Shown piece by piece: positions 56,092 to 64,000 of a stretch of DNA of 64,000 nucleotides; the first letter of the stretch is position 1, and each line of letters begins with the position of its first letter. This DNA comes from an uncultured Prevotella sp. (GTDB lineage: Bacteria > Bacteroidota > Bacteroidia > Bacteroidales > Bacteroidaceae). The notes beneath the pieces are model-generated. The model ran no database searches, was not told the origin of the DNA, and worked only from the letters and a program-made list of their open reading frames with translations. Made by a program: the position numbers and the translations under genes. Where the stretch lies: positions 47,822 through 111,821 of the forward strand of contig CAYSSU010000002.1 in NCBI GenBank assembly GCA_964433895.1, in the 5' to 3' direction.

Positions 56092-57777
56092 ATGGAATTA
56101 TTAAGAAATCTTTTTATGGGATTCCCTGAATTCTGGGGAGGAGGCGTAGCTCATTCAGTATTAATACTGTCACTGGTCATTGCAATAGGACTGTTGCTTG
56201 GCAAGGTGAAGGTTAATCACATATCTTTAGGTATGGCATGGGTGCTTATAGTGGGTATAATATTTGGTCATTTCAATCTGAACTTAGATGAACACCTGCT
56301 CCATTTTCTTAAGGAATTTGGTCTTATAGCCTTTGTCTTTGCTATAGGTTTGCAGGTAGGACCGGGCTTCTTCTCTTCTTTTAGGCGTGGAGGTTTGAAA
56401 CTGAACACGCTTATGGCAATAGTAGTGTTGGTAAGTGTCGTTGTTACGGTGATAATTCATTTTTCTACAGGAATATCAATGACAACCATGGCGGGAATCT
56501 TTGCCGGAGCTGTGACCAATACTCCTGCATTAGGAGCAGCCCAACAGGCCACTACAGACCTTCATGGAATAGATGCTCCGGAGATAGCAATGGGATATGC
56601 GGTTACTTATCCTATGGGTGTCATCGGCGTGATACTTTCATTCCTGATATTACGTTATATCTTGCGCATCAATCTGAAAAAAGAAGAGCATAATGCCCTT
56701 CACGGGTATGACAATATGGAGGAAATTTCTGTGAGGAATCTCGTTATAGAAGTAACCAATGATATGATAGATGGCAGAATGCTGCGGGATATAAGATATT
56801 TCATAAAAAGAAATTTCATTATAAGCCGTGTTATTTTTGCAGGCAGCGAAGATAGCAGTATTGTTTCCGGCAATACCATTATACATAAGGGTGACCGCCT
56901 GATGGTAGTTACAACTCCAAAGGATGAAGACAGCATTGCTGCCTTATTTGGCAAAATTGTAGATTTCAACTGGAATGAGTATGATGAGAATCTTTCGGCA
57001 AGAAGGATTCCTGTTACCAGATTTGATGTTAACGGTAAGAGAATAAAAGACTTGAAGATACGTTCTAAGTTTGATGCCAATATAACCCGCGTGAGCAGAG
57101 GGGGAGTTGACTATGTGGCTTCACCGGATTTCCAGTTGCATACAGGTGACCTGTTGACAGTTGTAGGCTCAACATTGGCATTGACGCATACTGAATCAGA
57201 ACTTAACACAGCCAATAACAAGATATCATATCCTAATCTTATACCGATGTTCATTGGTATAGCTCTTGGATGTATTCTTGCCCATATACCGTTTATTATT
57301 CCGGGTGTTCCACAGCCGGTGAAATTCGGACTTGCAGCCGGACCAATGATTATAGCCATACTGATAGGGTATTTTGGCAGAAAGCATAACTGGATTTCAT
57401 ATAATACGATGAGTTCCAATATGATGCTGCGTGAAATAGGTATTACTATTTTTCTGGCATGTGTAGGATTGGGAGCAGGCAAAGACTTCATTAATACTAT
57501 TGTGACCAGTAATGGACTTATGTGGGCTGTATATGGTCTGATGATAACCATGATACCGGTATTGGTAGGTGGAATCATTGGCAGATGTGTGTTTCATCTC
57601 AATTATTTCACCATGTTGGGAGTGCTTTCCGGTGGTAACACAAATCCTCCGGCACTGGCATACGCCAATGAATATACCACCACAGATTCACCGGCGCTGG
57701 GTTACAGTATGGTCTATCCTGTGGCAATGATATTGCGAGTTATCATCATACAGATATTAATAATGACATTATCTTAG
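56092..57777 (+). CDS. AAE-family (AspT/YidE/YbjL-type) transporter with two central RCK_C/TrkA_C domains
   Basis: About 561 aa. Duplicated 5-6 TM halves flank soluble segments (GDRLMVVTTPKDEDS, GDLLTVVGSTLAL). Start set at ATG 56092. Confidence 0.8.
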   Translation: MELLRNLFMGFPEFWGGGVAHSVLILSLVIAIGLLLGKVKVNHISLGMAWVLIVGIIFGHFNLNLDEHLLHFLKEFGLIAFVFAIGLQVGPGFFSSFRRGGLKLNTLMAIVVLVSVVVTVIIHFSTGISMTTMAGIFAGAVTNTPALGAAQQATTDLHGIDAPEIAMGYAVTYPMGVIGVILSFLILRYILRINLKKEEHNALHGYDNMEEISVRNLVIEVTNDMIDGRMLRDIRYFIKRNFIISRVIFAGSEDSSIVSGNTIIHKGDRLMVVTTPKDEDSIAALFGKIVDFNWNEYDENLSARRIPVTRFDVNGKRIKDLKIRSKFDANITRVSRGGVDYVASPDFQLHTGDLLTVVGSTLALTHTESELNTANNKISYPNLIPMFIGIALGCILAHIPFIIPGVPQPVKFGLAAGPMIIAILIGYFGRKHNWISYNTMSSNMMLREIGITIFLACVGLGAGKDFINTIVTSNGLMWAVYGLMITMIPVLVGGIIGRCVFHLNYFTMLGVLSGGNTNPPALAYANEYTTTDSPALGYSMVYPVAMILRVIIIQILIMTLS

Positions 57778-57780
57778 ACC

Positions 57781-59190
57781 ATGGCTGCAGAAATTGAAAA
57801 TTTGAATACGGAGCAGGTATTGCGTCGCAAACTTGACCTGCTGACACGCACCGGTTGCCTATTGATGAAAAACGGAGCTGATACAGCCCGTATATTCAGA
57901 AATATGAAGAGGGCTGAGGCCTTTCTTGGACTTCCTGAAGAGAATATACACATTTATGTGAATTATAACATTCTGATGGTAAATCTGAGTGATCAGGAAC
58001 ATTCATTCTCTAAGTATCAGAGATGTGAACAGCACGGAATAAATATGACGGCAATAGAGTCGCTCAGCAAGTTTCTCTGGACTGCAATAAAAGATGATTA
58101 CTCTTTGGAGCAATATGAGGAAGGATTGAATAAAATAGGCCTTAGAAAGCGCAATTATACACCGTGGCAGGTGGCCGTAGGAGCCGGGTTCGCATGTGGA
58201 GGATTCTGTGTGCAGTTTGGTTGTGACTGGCCTGCGTTTTTCTATGCATCAATAGCGGCAATTCTTGGATTCCGTCTCCGTGCATGGCTCAATGAATTGG
58301 GCAGTAATCATTATGTTAGTATAGTTGTGGCATCATTTGTGGCTACAATTCTGGCATGGTTGTCTATATTCATATCCAATGACCCTCAGATAGCGGCAAT
58401 GGTACCGACATTCATGCACAGTGCCACTCCATTCCATCCGCTTATGGCATGCGCCCTGTTTATAGTACCGGGAGTGCCGTTGATAAATTTTGTTAGTGAT
58501 ATGCTTGATGATTATGTACAGATAGGACTGACGCGAGCCATGACTACATTACTTATGATTCTGGCCATGGCATTTGGCATTGCGTTTGCCATATATATAT
58601 GTGGTATAGACAATTTTGTTAAGAATTTGTCTATGACTCCACATCATGAATATTGGGAATATGCCATAGCAGCGGCTGTATCGGCAATGGGTTTTTCCAT
58701 GATATTCAATATTCCACGTAGACTGTTGCCTGTGGTGGCTGTTGGCGGCATTATTGCTGTGTGTACCCGCAACTTTGTGAATCTAGGTCCAAGTACCAAT
58801 AATATTGGACTTGACTATGGACCTATTGTTGGTAGTTTCGCAGGTTCTGCACTGATAAGCATCATTGTCACCAAGGCATGTCATTGGGTTCATACACCTC
58901 ATCACTGCATATCCATTCCTAGTGTAATACCAATGATTCCGGGTGTATTGATGTATAGGGCTCTTTTTGCTTTTATAGATATGCAGGGGGTTGTTGGCGA
59001 AGTTACTGTGGCAATGAACAATGCCATTCATGCAAGTCTTATAATTCTGTTTATCGCAATAGGAGTGGCAATACCTAACATCTTCGTACGTCGCATGATA
59101 CAGCCTAAGCGCAAGAGAAAGCTGTTGGCTCTGCTCATAGAGCGCAGAAAGCGACATGGCGAGATGATAGATTTAAAGGAATTAGATTAA
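57781..59190 (+). CDS. Threonine/serine exporter family (ThrE-like, fused DUF1212 + DUF3815) membrane protein
   Basis: 469 aa. Soluble-like N-terminus (LLMKNGADTARI) then about 10 TM segments. Lies 3 nt after the AAE transporter gene. Confidence 0.72.
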   Translation: MAAEIENLNTEQVLRRKLDLLTRTGCLLMKNGADTARIFRNMKRAEAFLGLPEENIHIYVNYNILMVNLSDQEHSFSKYQRCEQHGINMTAIESLSKFLWTAIKDDYSLEQYEEGLNKIGLRKRNYTPWQVAVGAGFACGGFCVQFGCDWPAFFYASIAAILGFRLRAWLNELGSNHYVSIVVASFVATILAWLSIFISNDPQIAAMVPTFMHSATPFHPLMACALFIVPGVPLINFVSDMLDDYVQIGLTRAMTTLLMILAMAFGIAFAIYICGIDNFVKNLSMTPHHEYWEYAIAAAVSAMGFSMIFNIPRRLLPVVAVGGIIAVCTRNFVNLGPSTNNIGLDYGPIVGSFAGSALISIIVTKACHWVHTPHHCISIPSVIPMIPGVLMYRALFAFIDMQGVVGEVTVAMNNAIHASLIILFIAIGVAIPNIFVRRMIQPKRKRKLLALLIERRKRHGEMIDLKELD

Positions 59191-59295
59191 AACAATCTAA
59201 ATATTAATCAATCAATCCATAAGTCGTATGATTCCGTGAGGAATTGTGCGGCTTTTTTTGGTATCGTTTTTCTTTGATATTTCATTCATTTGCAT

Positions 59296-59303
59296 TACCT
59301 TTG
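59296..59303 (+). promoter_or_regulatory. -7 box TACCTTTG with TTTG 19 nt upstream
   Basis: Lies 19 nt upstream of ATG 59323. The 38-nt block 59267-59304 matches 9341-9378 at 35 of 38 positions. Confidence 0.6.
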
Positions 59304-59322
59304 CCCAAAATATAAAAACACT

Positions 59323-59478
59323 ATGGTAGATTTTGCACATTTCAATTCTTCTGGTGAATATCGTCGGGAAGAACTTATCAGAACAATAGAGCGTGCTGTG
59401 GAGCATCTTTCACAAGGTGAATTGGAAGCTTTGTATTATGATATGCTGACAAAAGACTATATTCATGACAATCCGTAA
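59323..59478 (+). CDS. Small hypothetical protein, 51 aa
   Basis: MVDFAHFNSSGEYRREELIRTIERAVEHLSQGELEALYYDMLTKDYIHDNP. It has its own promoter and terminator. The upstream part of listed ORF 59290-59478 overlaps the -7 box. Confidence 0.55.
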   Translation: MVDFAHFNSSGEYRREELIRTIERAVEHLSQGELEALYYDMLTKDYIHDNP

Positions 59479-59546
59479 TTATTACAGATACTTTAAATAG
59501 AATATTTTCTTTCAGATTGACATAAAATACATTTTTTATGATATAA

Positions 59547-59580
59547 AAAGAGAAATATTGCGGATGTTTTCTCTTTTTTT
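59547..59580 (+). terminator. Intrinsic terminator
   Basis: AAAGAGAAA / TTTCTCTTT stem followed by a T-run. Confidence 0.65.
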
Positions 59581-59582
59581 AC

Positions 59583-59590
59583 TAATTTTG
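59583..59590 (+). promoter_or_regulatory. -7 promoter box TAATTTTG
   Basis: Lies 31 nt upstream of ATG 59622. Confidence 0.55.
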
Positions 59591-59621
59591 CAGTCGTAAA
59601 CTATTACGTTAATACAACATT

Positions 59622-61289
59622 ATGTTATCAGATATTGAGATTGCAAAGTCGGTAAAACTCAGAAAAATCAATGATGTAGCTGAGGAACTGGCTATTCCTG
59701 AAAGGCTTGTGGAAAACTATGGGCGCTATATGGCAAAGGTTTCCATCAAGGCTATAGATAAGACAAAATTCCAAAAACATCATCTGGTTCTGGTTACAGC
59801 TATCAGTCCTACTAAGGCTGGTATAGGCAAAACTACAGTATCTGTCGGATTGGCTTTGGGACTTAACAAGATTGGCAAGAAAGCCATTGTCGCATTACGT
59901 GAACCGTCTTTGGGACCTTGTTTTGGTATGAAAGGCGGTGCTGCCGGAGGTAGTTATGCTCAGGTGTTGCCTATGGAAAAGATAAATCTTCACTTTACAG
60001 GTGATTTCCATGCCATAACTTCTGCACATAATATGATTTCTGCCCTTCTTGATAATTATCAGTATAGGCATGCGGCAGAAGGCTTCCGACTAAAGGAAGT
60101 GACCTGGAAAAGGGTTATGGACGTAAACGACCGGGCTCTGCGTAATATAACAACCGGAAAGGGAGAGAAAAATGGTATAGAACAGGAATCAGGTTTTGAC
60201 ATTACTCCTGCATCTGAGATTATGGCTATAATGTGTTTTGCCACAGATATAGATGATTTGCGCCGCCGCATAGAGAATATTCTTTTGGGATTCACTGATG
60301 ATGATAAACCATTTACAGTAAAAGACCTGGGGGTGGCAGGCAGTATCACGGCATTGTTGTTGGATGCTCTTAATCCTAATCTTGTACAGACTACAGAGGG
60401 TACACCGGCATTCGTGCATTGTGGTCCGTTTGCCAATATAGCTCATGGATGCAATTCTGTAGTGGCAACAGAATGTGCTCTTACTTATGGTGACTATGCC
60501 ATTACTGAGGCTGGATTCGGAGCTGATTTAGGAGCAGAGAAATTTTATGATATAAAGTGTCGCAAGGCAGGATTGCATCCTGACATCACTGTGCTGGTTG
60601 TAACATCACAGGCTCTTAAACTTCATGGTGGTGTTTCGCAGGAAGAAATTAGAAAACCTAATATAAAAGGCTTGTGCAAGGGATTCTGGAATATGGATCA
60701 GCATGTAGCCAACATACAGAGCTATGGACAGCGTGTAGTGGTGGCTTTCAATAAATATGCCACTGATACAGATGAAGAAATAGATGTAATCCGCAGACAT
60801 TGTGAGGATGAACTGGATTGTGGCTTTGCCGTAAACAATGCTTTCATGGAGGGCGGTGACGGTGCCGCGACTTTGGCAAGGCTTGTGGTCAAGATGGTGG
60901 ATGAAAATCCTTCAGAACCGCTTCATTTGGCTTATGATGACAACGACACGGTTGAAGATAAAATAAAGGCTGTTGCTGTATATGAATATCATGCCGGTAG
61001 CGTGACGTTCAGTCCGGCTGCCAAGGAGATGATAGAACGCATTCATCAGTTAGGGGCTTATAAATTTCCGGTATGTATAGCCAAGACACAATACAGCTTC
61101 TCTACAGACCCAAAGGCATTTGGACCTACAGATGGCTTTGAATTATATGTGCGTGATATAGTGCTCAATATGGGAGCGGAAATGATAGTTGTAATAGCCG
61201 GGAGAATAATGCGTATGCCTGGACTTCCACTTGATCCTCAGGCTCTTAAGATAGATGTTGTTGACGGAAAAATTGTAGGATTAAGCTAA
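59622..61289 (+). CDS. fhs: Formate--tetrahydrofolate ligase
   Basis: 555 aa. MLSDIEIA N-terminus, P-loop [28 protein letters not shown]. Confidence 0.96.
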   Translation: MLSDIEIAKSVKLRKINDVAEELAIPERLVENYGRYMAKVSIKAIDKTKFQKHHLVLVTAISPTKAGIGKTTVSVGLALGLNKIGKKAIVALREPSLGPCFGMKGGAAGGSYAQVLPMEKINLHFTGDFHAITSAHNMISALLDNYQYRHAAEGFRLKEVTWKRVMDVNDRALRNITTGKGEKNGIEQESGFDITPASEIMAIMCFATDIDDLRRRIENILLGFTDDDKPFTVKDLGVAGSITALLLDALNPNLVQTTEGTPAFVHCGPFANIAHGCNSVVATECALTYGDYAITEAGFGADLGAEKFYDIKCRKAGLHPDITVLVVTSQALKLHGGVSQEEIRKPNIKGLCKGFWNMDQHVANIQSYGQRVVVAFNKYATDTDEEIDVIRRHCEDELDCGFAVNNAFMEGGDGAATLARLVVKMVDENPSEPLHLAYDDNDTVEDKIKAVAVYEYHAGSVTFSPAAKEMIERIHQLGAYKFPVCIAKTQYSFSTDPKAFGPTDGFELYVRDIVLNMGAEMIVVIAGRIMRMPGLPLDPQALKIDVVDGKIVGLS

Positions 61290-61318
61290 CTAAGTTTTTG
61301 ATATATATATATATAAAA

Positions 61319-61358
61319 AGAGCGAAGAGTTTTTCATTAAAAACATCTTCGCTCTTTT
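61319..61358. terminator. Bidirectional intrinsic terminator (fhs on plus, small ORF on minus)
   Basis: AGAGCGAAGA / TCTTCGCTCT 10-bp stem flanked by an A-run and a T-run. Confidence 0.75.
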
Positions 61359-61374
61359 CTTTTTGATTTTGCTA

Positions 61375-61500
61375 TTAAACCATTTTCTTTTTGTTGAGAT
61401 CAGCTTTACGGCTCTCTCTCATCTGCATCAGGCGAACGCTTTCTTCGCTTTGCACGCTGATGTTGATGTTTACCAGTTTGCTATCCATAACGTTTGTCAT
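61375..61500 (-). CDS. Putative 41-aa hydrophilic protein (not in the supplied ORF track)
   Basis: Hand translation gives MTNVMDSKLVNINISVQSEESVRLMQMRESRKADLNKKKMV. A -7 box lies 43 nt upstream and a terminator 17 nt downstream. Confidence 0.4.
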   Translation of the reverse strand: MTNVMDSKLVNINISVQSEESVRLMQMRESRKADLNKKKMV

Positions 61501-61543
61501 TTTCTTTTTTTTGTTTTAATACTATTTCGTAATAATTCGTTTG

Positions 61544-61551
61544 CAAAGATA
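61544..61551 (-). promoter_or_regulatory. -7 promoter box TATCTTTG
   Basis: Lies 43 nt upstream of ATG 61500 on the minus strand. Confidence 0.5.
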
Positions 61552-61748
61552 ATGTGCAGTATTTGTTTTTGCAAATTTTAAAAAAGGAAAATATTAAGTG
61601 TAAATGCTTTTTTGATGTTAGTCAAGAAATATTAGATTTTTATGCAACCGATTGCGCGTTGTGTTCCGGTATATCAATGAATATTCTCTTTTTCAAAGAG
61701 CACATGTATTAATTATATGATATTTTTGCCTACTTCTATTTTTATTTG

Positions 61749-61756
61749 TACCTTTG
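61749..61756 (+). promoter_or_regulatory. -7 promoter box TACCTTTG
   Basis: Lies 32 nt upstream of ATG 61789. Confidence 0.55.
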
Positions 61757-61788
61757 CCTAAGTTTTTTTAAGAGATAAAAATTAGAAT

Positions 61789-62814
61789 ATGACATCTTTC
61801 GAATGTGATTACGACAACGGTATGTTGCCGGAAATCTTACAACGGCTCATGGATACTAACAGTGAGCATACTTCAGGATATGGATTTGACCCATATACAG
61901 ACAGTGCGAAGAAAAAAATCAGAGAAGCCTGCGGCATTAAGGATGCCGATGTGGTATTCCTTGTTGGTGGAACACAGACCAATAGCGTAGTTATAGACTC
62001 ATTATTGTGGGGCTACGAAGGTGTTATATGTGCTGATACCGGCCATATAGGTGTACATGAAGCGGGAGCAATAGAGGCTTTCGGACATAAAATATTGCCT
62101 ATAGGCGGAAACAACGGAAAAATATCAGCAGAAGATATAGATGGCTATATGTCGGCATTCTTGGCAGATGACACTTGTATACATCAGGTGCAGCCCGGTA
62201 TGGTGTACATCACGTTCCCTACAGAATTGGGCGGGTTGTATTCCAAGCAGGAAATAGCTGATATCTATGCTGTTGCCAGAAGGTATGATTTGAAATTGTT
62301 CATTGACGGTGCCAGACTTGGTTATGGTTTGATGAGTCATGAATGTGATGTAGACTTGAAGTTTATAGCCGGACATTGTGACGTGTTTTATATCGGAGGT
62401 ACTAAAGTTGGAGCACAGTTTGGTGAAGCTGTGGTATATACTGGTACAAGGGCTCCCAAGAACATCTTTACTATTGTAAAGCGTCACGGGGCATTGCTTG
62501 CCAAGGGCAGAATGTTGGGCATACAGTTTGATACTCTGTTTACTGACGATTTATATTTACGTATATCAAAGCATTCTATAGATATGGCAGCAAAGTTGAA
62601 GGCTGTGTTCTTGAAACATGGATATAAGATGATGTTCGGTTCACCTACTAACCAGCAGTTTGTGCTGATGCCAAATGACAAGGCAAAGAAACTTGCCGAG
62701 AGTGTAAAGTTTGAAAAATGGGAGCCTGAAGATGAAAATAATTCTGTATTCCGTTTCGTTACAAGTTGGGCAACAACGGATGAAGATATAAATTCTTTGG
62801 ATTCTGCATTGTAA
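61789..62814 (+). CDS. Threonine aldolase family / beta-eliminating lyase PLP enzyme
   Basis: 341 aa. FLVGGTQTN and the PLP-lysine context YIGGTKVG. Confidence 0.8.
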   Translation: MTSFECDYDNGMLPEILQRLMDTNSEHTSGYGFDPYTDSAKKKIREACGIKDADVVFLVGGTQTNSVVIDSLLWGYEGVICADTGHIGVHEAGAIEAFGHKILPIGGNNGKISAEDIDGYMSAFLADDTCIHQVQPGMVYITFPTELGGLYSKQEIADIYAVARRYDLKLFIDGARLGYGLMSHECDVDLKFIAGHCDVFYIGGTKVGAQFGEAVVYTGTRAPKNIFTIVKRHGALLAKGRMLGIQFDTLFTDDLYLRISKHSIDMAAKLKAVFLKHGYKMMFGSPTNQQFVLMPNDKAKKLAESVKFEKWEPEDENNSVFRFVTSWATTDEDINSLDSAL

Positions 62815-62842
62815 ATTCCTGCTGTAATCAAAAAAATATTTG

Positions 62843-62850
62843 TATATTTG
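62843..62850 (+). promoter_or_regulatory. -7 promoter box TATATTTG
   Basis: Lies 29 nt upstream of ATG 62880. Confidence 0.55.
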
Positions 62851-62879
62851 CAAGCGAGAATATAGGAGAAATTCAGAGA

Positions 62880-63971
62880 ATGATAAATTATGATGAGATT
62901 AAGAACAAGCGCATTGCTGTGCTGCTATCCGGTGGCGTAGACAGCAGTGTGGTGCTCTATGAACTGGCTCAGCAGGGATTGCATCCTGATTGTTTTTATA
63001 TAAAGATAGGTCCCGAGGAAAAAGAGGAATGGGACTGCAGTTCTGAGGAAGATATGGAGATGGCTACCAGTGTGGCTCATAAATACGGATGCAGACTGGA
63101 GGTTATAGATTGCCATAAGGAATATTGGGGACAGGTTACCAAATATACCATGGATAAGGTTAAGGCGGGCTACACTCCAAATCCTGATGTGATGTGCAAT
63201 CGTCTTATCAAGTTTGGAGCGTTCAATGAGAAGCGCGGGCTTGATTATGATTTAATAGCCACCGGTCATTATGCTCAGACTGAAATTGATGATGAAGGAC
63301 GAAAATGGCTTGTTACGAGTCCTGACCCGGTGAAAGACCAGACCGACTTTCTTGCTCAGATTTATCAGTGGCAACTGAAAAAGGCCATATTCCCGATAGG
63401 TTATCATGTAAAGGATGAAGTGCGGTTGATAGCAGAACGCGAGAAACTTATCAATGCTAAACGTAAGGATTCCCAGGGTATTTGCTTTCTTGGCAATATT
63501 GATTACAATGAATACGTGCGCCGTTATCTTGGTGAGAAGACCGGTGATGTGATTGAACTTGAAACAGGCAAGAAAATAGGTGAGCATAAAGGGCTGTGGT
63601 TTCATACCATTGGTCAGCGCAAGGGGCTTGGATTTGGTGGTGGTCCATGGTTTGTGGTAAAGAAAGATGTGGAGCAGAATATACTCTATGTAAGTCATGG
63701 TTATGATCCGGAAACAGCCTATAAGCAGGATTTTGCCATCCATGATTTTGATTTTCTTACCGAAGGAATTGAAGAACTTCCGCAGCGTTGTACGTTCAAG
63801 ATACGCCACACTCCGGAATATCATCCTGCCGCAATAGAGAAAATAGGAGACCGATGCTACATGGTTCATTCAGATCAAAAGATTCATGGAGTGGCTCCTG
63901 GGCAGTTCTGTGTGGTTTATGATGATTGTCATCATAGATGCTATGGTTCCGGAGAAATCACAATATTATAA
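62880..63971 (+). CDS. mnmA: tRNA 2-thiouridine(34) synthase MnmA
   Basis: 363 aa. PP-loop AVLLSGGVDSSV, NPDVMCN, ATGHYA, KDQTDFL, DSQGICFLG. Confidence 0.94.
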   Translation: MINYDEIKNKRIAVLLSGGVDSSVVLYELAQQGLHPDCFYIKIGPEEKEEWDCSSEEDMEMATSVAHKYGCRLEVIDCHKEYWGQVTKYTMDKVKAGYTPNPDVMCNRLIKFGAFNEKRGLDYDLIATGHYAQTEIDDEGRKWLVTSPDPVKDQTDFLAQIYQWQLKKAIFPIGYHVKDEVRLIAEREKLINAKRKDSQGICFLGNIDYNEYVRRYLGEKTGDVIELETGKKIGEHKGLWFHTIGQRKGLGFGGGPWFVVKKDVEQNILYVSHGYDPETAYKQDFAIHDFDFLTEGIEELPQRCTFKIRHTPEYHPAAIEKIGDRCYMVHSDQKIHGVAPGQFCVVYDDCHHRCYGSGEITIL

Positions 63972-64000
63972 ATTATAAGGTGCAATATATCATCAGAAGC

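Noticed and set aside
61301-61314. An (AT)7 dinucleotide run after fhs.
   Set aside because: It is short, lies between the stop codon and the terminator, and has no obvious phase-variation target.

Overview
This 64-kb window looks like chromosome from a Bacteroidota genome, probably a Prevotella/Segatella-like Bacteroidales. The call rests on gene content and on near-ubiquitous TAnnTTTG -7 promoter boxes in front of the genes. I support about 52 protein-coding genes, one tRNA-Gln(CUG), about 30 promoter boxes and about a dozen intrinsic terminators. I saw no rRNA, CRISPR array, transposase or integrase.

Most genes are core housekeeping:
- dxs-trkA-trkH
- cysK-metY
- an acyl-CoA dehydrogenase with etfBA
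- dnaG, cls, rsmD, alaS
- rsfS-ftsH-cdsA
- corA, pepD
- rsmA, frr, rsgA, fhs, mnmA
- several transporters

Observations worth follow-up, in order of interest:
1. **Candidate defence module (13397-15272).** A two-gene insert encodes a very small ABC-type ATPase plus a DUF4435/Toprim-like protein. This is the PARIS (AriA/AriB)-like architecture in an unusually compact form, and it sits between sulfur-amino-acid and mannose metabolism genes.
2. **Paired non-coding elements (1875-2280 and 41415-41968).** Two composite elements of 400-550 bp lie in inverted orientation 39 kb apart.
   - Each carries a three-stem module that shows compensatory base changes between the copies.
   - Each also carries a hairpin whose arms are built from TGACAGAT octamers.
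   - Copy B has its own -7 box and a terminator, so it is a candidate new ncRNA or regulatory element family.
3. **Tandem duplication (9214-9377).** A perfect 77-bp duplication multiplies a complete promoter upstream of nhaD. A near-identical promoter block recurs at 59267-59304.
4. **Three small stand-alone ORFs** of 27, 41 and 51 aa, each with its own promoter and terminator. The 41-aa one is absent from the ORF track.
5. **corA leader hairpin.** A 12-bp-arm hairpin abuts the corA start codon in a leader of about 120 nt.

All functional calls come from motif recognition by eye. No database search was run.
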